From assembly GCA_963797555.1 (NCBI GenBank), contig CAWCPV010000015.1, forward strand, positions 10,585 to 74,584: a stretch of 64,000 nucleotides of DNA, written 5' to 3'. The position numbers and the translations under genes were made by a program. The number at the start of each line of letters is the position of its first letter. The stretch's first letter is position 1. Shown in pieces: positions 54,539-64,000 of this stretch. Origin of the DNA: an uncultured Gammaproteobacteria bacterium (lineage in GTDB: Bacteria > Pseudomonadota > Gammaproteobacteria > CAWCPV01). The notes under the pieces are model-generated. The model was not told the origin of the DNA. It made no database searches and saw only the letters and a list, made by a program, of their open reading frames with translations.

Positions 54539-56389
54539 TCAGGGCTGCAGGACATAGGTGCCGGGCGCTTCACCGAGGGGAGGCAGGGCGTCGGCCGGCG
54601 CGCCCATGAGGGGAGGCGTCACCCGTTCCGAGGAGTGAGCGGCGAGCCAAGCGGTCCAGGCAGGCCACCAAGAGCCCTCGGAGCTGGCTACCGACGCTGC
54701 CCATGTTTCGGGGTCCACATAATGCTCGCCTTCACGGCGCGTGGTCATTTGGTAAGTTCTCCCCGGATGCCCCGGCTCGCTGACGATGCCGGCGTTGTGA
54801 CCCCCGCTGGTCAGCACGAAAGTGATCTCTTCGGCGTCCGCCAGCAGGTGGATCTTGTAGACCGAATGCCAGGGCGCGACGTGGTCTTTTACCGTTCCAA
54901 CCACGAACAGCGGGGCACGGATGTCGCTCAGCGCTACCGGGCGTCCCTCCACCTCGTAGCGGCCTTCCGCCAAATCGTTGTTGAGGAAAAGCTTTCGCAG
55001 GTACTCCGAATGCATGCGGTAAGGCATGCGGGTGAGGTCGGAATTCCACGCCATCAGGTCGAACATCGGCTGTCGCCGGCCGAGCAGGTAATCCCGTACC
55101 AGGCGGGACCAGATCAGATCGTTGGAGCGCAGGAACTGGAACGCTCCCGACATTTGCCGGGTGTCCAGGTAGCCCTGGTCCCACATCAGATCCTCCAGGT
55201 AGCTCACCTGACCCTCGTTGATGAAGAGCATCAGCTCCCCCGCCTCGGTGAAATCCGTCTGGGCCGCCAGCAGGGTGACGGTCCTCAGGCGACGGTCTCC
55301 GTTGCGGGCGAGGGTTGCGGCGGCGATGCTTAGAAGTGTGCCGCCCAGGCAGTATCCCACCGCATGCACGGCGCGACCGGGCAGCACGTCTGAACTGCGT
55401 CCAGAGCGGCGACGATCCTCAGTCCGCGATAATCCTCGAGGCTGAGGTCCCGATCCTCAGCGCTCGGGTTTTTCCAGGAGATCATGAACACGGTATGGCC
55501 GGCGTCGACCAGGAACTTCACCAGTGAGTTGTGGGGGGACAGATCCAGGATGTAGTACTTCATGATCCAGGCCGGGACGATGAGCACCGGCTCGGTATGG
55601 ACCGTATCGGTCGTGGGGGCATACTGGATCAGCTCGATCAGGCGGTTGCGGTAGATGACCTTGCCCGGGGTCACGGCCAGATCCCGCCCTGCCCGGAAGT
55701 TCTCGGCCCCCGCCGGCCTCTTGGCGCCGCCCGCCCGCTCCCAGTCCTCCAACAGGTTCATCCAGCCGCGCACCAGGTTCATGCCGCCTTCGCGGAAGGT
55801 CGCTGCGAGGACTTCCGGGTTGGTGAGCGGAAAGTTGGACGGTGACAGCACGTCGAGATACTGGCGCGTCATGAACGACACCACGTCCTCGCTGTGCTTC
55901 GCCACCCCCCGCACCCCGGTGGTGGCGTTGTGCCACCATTGCTGGCCGAGCAGGAAGGACTGATGGACGAGGTTAAAGGGAAAGACTTTCCAAGCCGGGT
56001 CCGCGAAGCGGTGGTCCTGGGGGAGCGGCTCGATGCAGGGGGGTATCCCCAGGCCGCACCGCGGACTGGGCAGCGTACAGCCCGAAGCGTAGTGCCTTGC
56101 GCAGCCCTTTCGCGACGAGCTGCGTTTGCTTGCCGGGCGAAACGGCGAGGTGCACCAGCCAGTCCAGGTAAGCCATGGAGAGCACCGCCGGCGACATGCC
56201 CAGGGTCAGCCGGGCCATGCCCGCGCTCAGGGCTCGGTCCACGATCTCGGACCCGTAGGACTGGTCCGGGTCCGGCGGCGGTGACCCGTCGTGGGGAATG
56301 GCACGGGCGCGCGGCTGCGGCTGCCTGGTCGGGGAGCCCGCCTTGGCAGCGTCCGGCCGCACGGTCTCCGACGCAGTATCGGTAATCAT
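54539..56389 (-). CDS. phaC: Polyhydroxyalkanoate synthase, frameshifted
   Basis: SPSNFPLTNPE, TPGKV, PAWIMKYYILDL, lipase box GYCLGG, DHVAPW, GGHNAG spread over three or more frames. Confidence 0.9.
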
Positions 56390-56420
56390 TGGATATTACC
56401 CCCTCGGCCGGGCGGGCATC

Positions 56421-56928
56421 TCACTGTGCAGTGGAGACGGGTCGGCCGGCATCCCCGTCGCCAGTCCAGGCATAGTCCGTCTGCACCCGCAGAGCTGTCA
56501 GCTCCGCGTGAATGGCCGTCAGCGCGCGGTCTTGCGCCGCCAAGTGAACGAGCACCGCCCGGACCTCCTCTTCGGCCTTCTGGTTCACCTGGTAGTCGTT
56601 GTGCGCTTCCAGGCGGTCCCGCTCCGCCTGACGGTTCTGGCTCATCATGATCATCGGCGCCGTATACGCCGCCTGCAGGGAGAGCAACAGGTTCATCAAA
56701 ATGAACGGATAGGGATCCCAGTGTCGTATCCAGGCGGTGACGTTCACGACCGCCCACACCAGCAGCAGGGCCGACTGGCCGATGATGAACGGCCAGGAGC
56801 CGACCGTGCCGGCCACCCGGTCGGCAGCCCGCTGCCCGAACGTGAGCCGCTGCTCCAAGAGTCTCATTGACGCTGCGAACCGGCGGGTGGCGGTGCCGGA
56901 AAGGCGCAGGAAAATGCAGCTTGCGCAT
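56421..56928 (-). CDS. DUF1003 family membrane protein (frameshift near 5' end)
   Basis: TFGQRAADRVA..GSWPF, DPYPFILMNL, APMIMMSQNRQ. Confidence 0.88.
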
Positions 56929-57227
56929 GGTGAATCTCCCCTCAGTAGAAACCTCAAACTTCCGTCTCGGTCCAGTCGTGGAACTCGCCCAGGTTCCCGA
57001 GGCGCCCGTCCACAAATTGACGATACCCGGTTACTTTGTCTCGAAGCGGCTGATGGATGCACCGACTGGGGCCCCGACATCCCGCACCCTTCTGGCCGGG
57101 GTCAGCGGCGGGTTGTGAGCGCTTCTGGTCGGTCACGCGGCTACTGCTGGGCTCGCGGGGCATGCCGGAGGCTTTCCGAGTTCTCGTGTAGGCTCGAGGC
57201 GACGTGCTCCATCGCCCAGCGGTACGC

Positions 57228-58970
57228 TCAGCCAGTCTCTTGGCGACTATACGGATACAACGCGGTCTTGGCGACCGGCAGGAATGCTGCGTGGCGCGGA
57301 CTCTCCATGTCCAGATGCCGGTAAACCGCCAGCTTGGCCGCATCGAGAATCACCATCCAGACCAGGGCATAGCCCCAAACCAGCCCAACCTGGGCCCAGC
57401 GAAGGGGCGCCAGCAGCCCCATCGGGTAAACCACCAGCAGCGTGGCTGCGGCTTTGGTCATCCGGTAGATGGCGTATGAGTTCATGCTTGCCGCCCTGAT
57501 CCTCACCGCGCCGGGGCTCTCGGTCATCGTGAACGCCGTCTCGGCAGAATCCTCGCGGGGCGGGTCGTAGAGCGGCAGAATACCCAGGAACGTCCAGTGC
57601 CCGGCGTCCTGCCGCGCCACGCCCAGGGTCCGGTAGCCCTTGGCGGCGAGGTCGTCCACGACCTGCTGGGCACGGGCGGCCTCCTCGCCCCCCAGGCCGG
57701 CGAGCTGCATGATGACCTGCGGGGCGCCCTTGGTGACCGTGAAGCGCTGGCCCGCGGCGTCCTGGATCTCCGCCTGGGTGCGCTTGCCGACCGGATCGAA
57801 GGGGGTGAAGCTCGACTGCCGATAACCCTCCAGCACCGCCCGGTCCGTGAGCCCCGCGAGCACCGCGAGATCGATGGGGTCCTGGTTTTCCTCCTTGGAA
57901 GCCAGTGCCCCGGCGAGAACGAGCGCCTGGGCGTCGGGCGCGGCGAACAGGACAGGCTCGCCGAGGGTCAGCTTGTTCTGGGTCAGGGTACCGGTCTTGT
58001 CGGAGCACAGCAGGTCTATGCCTGCCATCTCCTCGATGGACTCCAGGCGCGAGACGATGGCCTTCAGCCGGGAAAGGGCCAGAGCACCGACCGCCATGGT
58101 GACCGAGAGCACCGCCGGCATCGCCACCGGAATGGACGCCACCGTGAGGATCAGCGCGAACTGCACCAGCTCCAGCAACGGGGCGCCGCGGAACAGTTGG
58201 ACGGTCAGGAGCACCGCCACCAGCCCCAAGCTGATGTAAATCAGATAGTCGCCGATGGTGAGCACCGCCTTCTGGAAGTGCGAAGCGGCGCCTGCCCCCT
58301 CCACCAGCTTGGCGGTGCGCCCGAAGAAAGTCTCGGCGCCGGTAGCGGTGACCACGGCCACCATCTCCCCCTGCTTTGCGATGGAGCCGGAGTATGCGAT
58401 GTCTCCGGCCTTCTTGTTCACCGGCAGCGACTCCCCGGTGAGCGCCGACTGGTCGACGCTGAGGTAGTCCCCCTCGAACAGCTTGACGTCGGCGGGAACG
58501 ATGTCGCCGAGCCGCAGCCGCACAACGTCGCCGGGCACCAGGGCACTGGCCGGGAGGTCCCGCGTGTGCCCGTCGCGCCGCACTCTGGCCTTGAGGGCGA
58601 GCTGTTTCTTCAGTGCTTCCAAGGCGTTCGCCGCCTTGTATTCCTGCCAGAAGCCCACCCCTGCGTTGAACACCAGCAGAAGAAAGATGATGGCGAAATC
58701 GTCCCAGTGCCGCACGATGATCGAGAGCACCGCCGCCACCTCAATCATCCAGGGGATAGGCCCCCAGAAGTAGCCGAGGAACTTGACCAGCGGGCTGACC
58801 TTTTTCTCTACCGGGGCATTGGGCCCGAACTGCTGAAGCCGGGCCTTGGCTTCCGCCGAGCTCAGCCCCTGCGGCGAGGTTCCCAGCGTCCTCAGCAGCT
58901 CATCGAGCTCGGTCTTCTCCGCCGTCTGTGCGTCGATGCTGTGTATCATGCGCGAGTTTGACCTCGGCAT
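57228..58970 (-). pseudogene. P3A plasma-membrane H+-type P-type ATPase, internally deleted and rearranged but still in frame
   Basis: LTGESLPV, IPVAMP, DKTGTLT, KGAP, DPPR present; TGD, GDGVND and several TM helices absent. Confidence 0.85.
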
Positions 58971-59758
58971 TTGGGTATTGGGTTCGGGCCTCGATGCGCT
59001 GTGCGGCGCGATCCTGAGGTGCAACCGGCGTTGATGGCAGTCAACCGGCCACAGCATCTTCTATCGCCAACCGGGGAACTCCCTGCCGATGCCGGCCGTT
59101 TGCCGGTGACCGAACCCCGTGCCCCGCTACGGGGGCTTCCCCCGGAAAGCACCGCCTCACGCCGATCGCTCTCCTGGACCGGCCGCAACCCCCGGCTGCC
59201 CTGGGCCGGTTCAGCCGGCCTCCGGCACCGAAATACGCCCCCCGACCCGTCTCACCCGCGCGTTGACCGGTCCGTACGCACGGACTACCCTTCCTCTACG
59301 CCAGAGGCGGTTGCTTTTCCTAGTCTTTTGAGTGGCCGCATGGCCGGGCGGCAGTCGCCGACCAAGGTCCGAGAATCGGCCATTTCCGGCCCTTCGGGAC
59401 TTCGCGGCCCAGCGGCAGGTCCACTCTGGAAGCGGTCATACGGGGGCAGAGAGTGGTCGTCTGGGTGCCGCCCGAGCCTGGTGGTAAACGTCATTGAAGT
59501 ACAACCCCGACGGTCCCACCCGATGGACAGACCCGAAGTACGTATCGCGAATGCTGCCGACATTCTCTCCGTGAGCAGGGGCTCCCCAACCTCCTTGCAT
59601 AGGTGCAGTAATCGCCGCTCTCCCAGCCACTGAACGTCCCTTTCACCACGCAGACTCGCAAGAGCTGAGTGCCATGCTAACCTTTAGGATGAAGGGTTAG
59701 AAAAAGGAACGTTCGCGGTTTGCACATGCGCTCTGCGCAGAGAGCGAGGAGGTAGCTG

Positions 59759-60109
59759 ATGGCAAACCTCAACCGAGTGATGAGTTTGGGCGGCGCGGTG
59801 GCCGCTGGCGAGTTTTCCGCCGACGGGGGGCTAATATCGTACAAGGGCGACTTCCCGAGGGAGACGGCTCGCTACATCGCGACGCTATGCGCGGGCAAGG
59901 CTCTTATCGGAGCTACCGAGGTGGCTGCTCTGAGCCGGATGACCGGGATGGACTGGTTACCCTTCCAAGGCTGGGCAGTGTCGGGCGGTGACTATTCCAT
60001 CTGCGTGATCGGCCACCTCGGGGTGTTCGTGGAAACGGCCAAGGCGGACTTCAACGAGATCTACCGTGTGCTGAGCGAGGAGGCCGAAGTCGTCCTGAAG
60101 GCGGCCTGA
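59759..60109 (+). CDS. DUF2173 family protein
   Basis: GAVAAGEFSADG.L, GM.WLP.QGWAVSGGDYSIC, KADFNEI; GAGGAGG RBS. Confidence 0.75.
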   Translation: MANLNRVMSLGGAVAAGEFSADGGLISYKGDFPRETARYIATLCAGKALIGATEVAALSRMTGMDWLPFQGWAVSGGDYSICVIGHLGVFVETAKADFNEIYRVLSEEAEVVLKAA

Positions 60110-60314
60110 CAACTCCGCCGAGACGTAGCCCTGAGGGCCGCGCGGTTCTGCCGGGCGGCCCGCGGCGTCTCTGGCACCAGCCCTGGGCTCGGCACGTGAT
60201 CCTCGCATCGCCGTTCGCGCTCAGGCTGCGACGGCCGGTGCCTACCCACACCCAGCCTCGTGCCGCTACTCAATATGTTGGGCCAACAGAGGCCACGTCA
60301 ATCCAGGAGTCACG

Positions 60315-60704
60315 GTGCCTACGAAGCCATGGGTAACATTCAGACGACCAGAGCCTGATCGACACTACCTGGCTCTTTTGTCCGAACTTGCGTTGAAGCG
60401 ATTTCAAGATCTTGGGGCTTTCCTTCTCTACAGTTGGCGAATCCAGGGCCAGTTGACGCACACTCCGGGCCTTCTCGGCTACTCGCTGCTGGCGCGTATG
60501 CTCAAATCAAGCGGCAGTTTTGGACGCTGTCAGTCTGGGAAGGTGAAGCCGCTCTCCAGCGGTTTGTCGTGGAGAACCCCCACGGCCAGGTCATGGTGGC
60601 GCTCCGAGACAAGATGGACCGGAGCGGTTCGTGCGCTGCGTATTCGCGGCTCGGAGTTTCCCCCGCGCTGGCAAGAAGCTTTTGGGAGGCGTGACACGGC
60701 CTAA
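60315..60704 (+). CDS. DUF3291-like dimeric alpha/beta-barrel protein, frameshifted
   Basis: QL..TPGLLGYSL, then FWTLSVWEGEAALQRFV..PH in the second frame. Confidence 0.55.
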   Translation: MPTKPWVTFRRPEPDRHYLALLSELALKRFQDLGAFLLYSWRIQGQLTHTPGLLGYSLLARMLKSSGSFGRCQSGKVKPLSSGLSWRTPTARSWWRSETRWTGAVRALRIRGSEFPPRWQEAFGRRDTA

Positions 60705-60827
60705 TCCGGCAAGGACAGGTCTAACCCGTCCTCCGACCGCACGCCATGAGGGTCGGCAGCCAAGGGCATTGACACAGTTTCGTCGTCGTCCTGACTCGCC
60801 TGGGTACTAGGAGCCTGTCGGACTTAA

Positions 60828-60967
60828 CAGGCTGTTGAAAAACTCCTGCGGACATTGAATCGGGGCGAGTCAATGGTGACTCAAGATTGAAGAATCAACG
60901 ACTTATGTGGCCGCGCTCGGCCACGGACACGAAAAGCAGCCTGCGGCCGGACTTTTTCAACACCCTG
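60828..60967. mobile_element. 140-bp MITE nested in the IS1182 end
   Basis: IRs CAGGCTGTTGAAAAA / TTTTTCAACACCCTG (14/15), TTAA duplication at 60824-60827 and 60968-60971. Confidence 0.8.
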
Positions 60968-61083
60968 TTAAGGTAAAAACGCGGGGGTTGCAACGCCCCA
61001 AGGGGGAATCTTGACCATGTGGCTCGGGTATGGGTGAGAAGCTATCCTTTTTTGCTTGGCAAGACCCTTCCCGTGCCTTCTTT

Positions 61084-62440
61084 TCACCCGTTCAGGGCAT
61101 GCATCCGCTTCAGATTCCACCCAATGCATACTAGAGCCCATTCACTTCGGACTGCGTCTAAGCCGCGAAGCAGAAATTGCCTGAACCCTTGCACGTGTTT
61201 GAGGATACCGAAGACGGTTTCCACGGAAGATTTGCGCTTGGCGTAAAGTGCCTTACCTTCCTTGGTTTGCAGGCGGTGGTGCATGGCCTGTACGGGTGTG
61301 GGATTGCGAGGGGGTTTGGGGTCTTCGGCGAAGCGCGTCTGTAAGGGAACATTGTGCTTCTCGCGTTTTTCCGGGATGAGCGGCGCGATGCGAGCGTCTT
61401 TGCACCGCTGAACGTTGGCCTCGCTGAAGTAGCCGGTGTCGGCGAGGAGGGATTCGCCCTGACCCAGCGCCTCGGGCAACTGGGCAATGTTCTCTAACGC
61501 TGGCGCAATCTCCTGTTTGTCATTGGGGTGCTGGGTGACGTGGTGCTCCACGATGAGGTGCGTCTCGACATCCACCCCGGCCTGCACGTTGTAGGCCTGT
61601 TCGAACCCTCCACTGGAGGTGGGCATGATGCGTGATTCTTCATCCGTCAGATTGACTTGGTCCTTGGCCTGCGGGCCGGGTGTCGGAGGAGTCGGCGCCT
61701 TGCCCCGAGCCTTCTTGCCGGTGTGTTTCTCATAGACCTCGCGCTTGGCCTGCTTGTGTTCGAACTCCGCCTGCTCGCGCTCAAAACGCGCCTGCGCCCG
61801 GCTCCGGATTTCCTCCTTCGCCCGGGCAATCGCCGCCAGTCGCTCTTCGCGACGCTTGATCTCGGCGGGAATATCCATCTCCTCCGCCAGTGAGCTCCGG
61901 TCGGCCTGCTCGGCAAAGCGCATCAGGGCTTGCACTTCCTCCTGAAGCTGCGCCTCGAGCCGGTTCGCGTACTCCCAACTCAGCGCCTTATGCTTGCTGG
62001 CGTTTGCTTTGACCTTGCTCCCATCCAGCGCAATCGTGCCCAGCTTCACCAGCCCCATCTCTGACGCCACCAACAGAATCTCGACAAACAGCCCCTCCAG
62101 CTCCTTCAGAAACCGCCTGCGAAATTGCGCGATGGTGTCATGGTCCGGGTGCGTGTTGGCACAGATATACCGAAACGCGATCGAATCATGGGTCGCCTTC
62201 TCCAGCTTGCGACTGGAAAACACCCCCGTGGCATAGCCATAAAACAGCAACGCCACTAACATCGCTGGGTGGTAGGGCTTCAATCCCTTCCCCGTACACC
62301 GCCGACAGATGCCTCAGCTCCAACTGCTCCACAATCTCCACCACAAATCGAGCCAAGTGCCCTTCCGGGAGATAGTCCTGCACGCAAGGCGGGAAAATAT
62401 ACGGGGTATCACGGTCTATCGGGATGAATTCAACAGCCAT
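61084..62440 (-). CDS. IS1182-family DDE transposase, frameshift near 62290
   Basis: LPEGHLAR, YHPAML, SSRKLE, PDHDTI, DGSK, ADTGY, YAKRKSSVETVFG. Confidence 0.93.
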
Positions 62441-62659
62441 CTTGCTCCCCAGGCGGTGGCCCGCTACAGTGCGCCTATCTACCCCCGTGTTGGCTCCAAG
62501 TCCGACAGCCTCCTAGGGCCTTGTCCCTTCGAAACCCGTTGCTGCGGTTGAGCGTGAATCGGGAAGGTTGGCATCCTCAATTCTCGAAGGTTCGGTCGTG
62601 GTCGCGGTACTCTAGCAAGTAAAGCCACTTCCCCGTCGTATCACACTGAGCATACGAAA

Positions 62660-63890
62660 TTGCACCATTCTGTCCGCGTAGCCGCCCAATACGCCCTGGC
62701 GCTGCTGCTCGCAGTGAACCTGCTGAACTACATCGACCGGCAGGTGCTGTACGCGGTGTTTCCGCTGATCAAGGCGGATCTCCGCCTCACCGACACCGAG
62801 CTGGGCCTGCTCGGCAGCGCCTTCATACTGTGCTACATGCTCTCCGCACCGGTGTTCGGACGGATCGGGGATCGCATGCGGCGGGTCGGGATCGGGGCAG
62901 CGGGGCTTGCGATGTGGAGCCTGGCCACACTGGGGGTCGCGCTCGCGACGGATTATCGGGCGTTGCTGGCGGCGCGCACGGCGGTGGGCGTCGGTGAGGC
63001 GAGCTTTGGCACGGTATCGCCGGCGCTGCTGTCCGATTACTTCCCGCGCGAGCGCCGCGGGCGCGTGATGGCCCTATACATGCTGGCCATCCCGGTAGGC
63101 AGCGCCCTGGGCTATCTCATGGGCGGACTGCTCGGCCAGCGCTTCGGTTGGCACTCAGCGTTTCTTATCGTGGGTGTTCCGGGCCTGCTCTTGGTGCTGC
63201 CGGTCTGGCTGCTGCGCGAGCCAATGCGGGGCGGGGTCAGCACCGCGGCGGACCCGGTCTCGACTGCCGTAGGGAGGGACTACCTGGGCCTCGCGCGCAA
63301 CCGTTCCTTCGTCACCATCACGCTTGCCATGGCGGCCATGACCTTTGCCATAGGAGGCCTAGCGCAATGGGTACCGACCTTTCTGTATCGCGTGCACAGG
63401 CTGGAACGTCGCGACCGGAAATGCCTGGTTCGGAGGCATCACCGTGCTGTCGGGGATCGTCGGCACCCTGGCCGGGGGCTGGTGGGGCGATCGCTTGCAG
63501 CGCAGCAGTGCGGCGGGCTACCTGATCGTGTCGGGGCTGGGCTCTTTGCTCGGCGCCCCGGTCACGGCCTATGCCATCATGACGCGGTCACTCACCGGCT
63601 GCCTCACGGGCATGTTCCTGGCCGAGTGCCTACTGTTTCTCAACACCGGGCCGCTCAATACGGCGATCATCAACGTTACCGCGCCTGCCGTCCGCGCCAT
63701 GGCATTCGCGGTAAACATCTTCATGATCCACGCCCTGGGCGATGCCATCTCGCCCACCTTGATGGGTGCGCTCTCCGATCGGTGGGGACTGCGCGATGCC
63801 CTGTCGGTGACGCCGCTCGCCATGCTGCTGGCCGCGGGGCTGTGCCTGCTCTGCATGCGCTTTGTCGCAGAGGACGACCAGCGCAAGTGA
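62660..63890 (+). CDS. Spinster-like MFS transporter, frameshift near 63405
   Basis: NLLNYIDRQ, GRIGDRMRR, VGVGEA, FPRERRG, HALGDAISP; TTG start inferred. Confidence 0.88.
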
Positions 63891-64000
63891 CGGCGGCCGA
63901 CGTGCGAGACGGTACGCCTAGCGACCCCACTCGGCACGTGGGCCATGCCGTGATCACGCTCGAAGGCCAGGACCTCGTGGCGGTCCTTGGCAAACCACGA

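Larger units (their letters stand above)
60811..62512 (-). mobile_element. IS1182-family insertion sequence
   Basis: 15-bp IRs GAGCCTGTCGGACTT / AAGTCCGACAGCCTC (14/15), CTAG duplication at 60807-60810 and 62513-62516. Confidence 0.9.

Noticed and set aside
59060-59640. Short ORFs between the ATPase and DUF2173 genes
   Set aside because: No recognisable motifs or translation signals
60277-60730. Integron cassette-like GTTGGGC before and GTCTAAC after the DUF3291-like gene
   Set aside because: No complete attC palindrome could be folded by eye and no integrase is present; 7-mers occur by chance

Overview
GC-rich bacterial chromosome window, most likely a Gammaproteobacterium (str-S10-spc-alpha gene order with secY-rpmJ-rpsM and no adk/map/infA). 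0-3.2 kb holds the end of an autotransporter-type beta-barrel gene and a CHASE2 adenylate/guanylate cyclase plus DUF928-like partner. 3.5-21.5 kb is an intact ribosomal protein supercluster (rpsL to rplQ). 21.5-36.4 kb is a mix of metabolic and envelope genes, including a MauG-like diheme peroxidase / Tat metallophosphoesterase / Cys-ligated cytochrome c operon. 36.9-50.4 kb is a decayed defence and toxin-antitoxin island. Its centre is a TerY(vWA)-PP2C-kinase triad whose membrane kinase occurs twice, with a near-identical 1.13 kb kinase module fused to two unrelated extracytoplasmic regions. 50.9-64 kb holds a Gly/Met-repeat secreted protein, GH15, PhaC, a P3A ATPase with internal deletions and a micro-inversion, an IS1182 element with a nested MITE, and an MFS transporter. 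Many accessory genes carry single-base frameshifts that may be read or assembly errors. No rRNA, tRNA or CRISPR array was seen. All family calls come from motif recognition by eye, not database searches.
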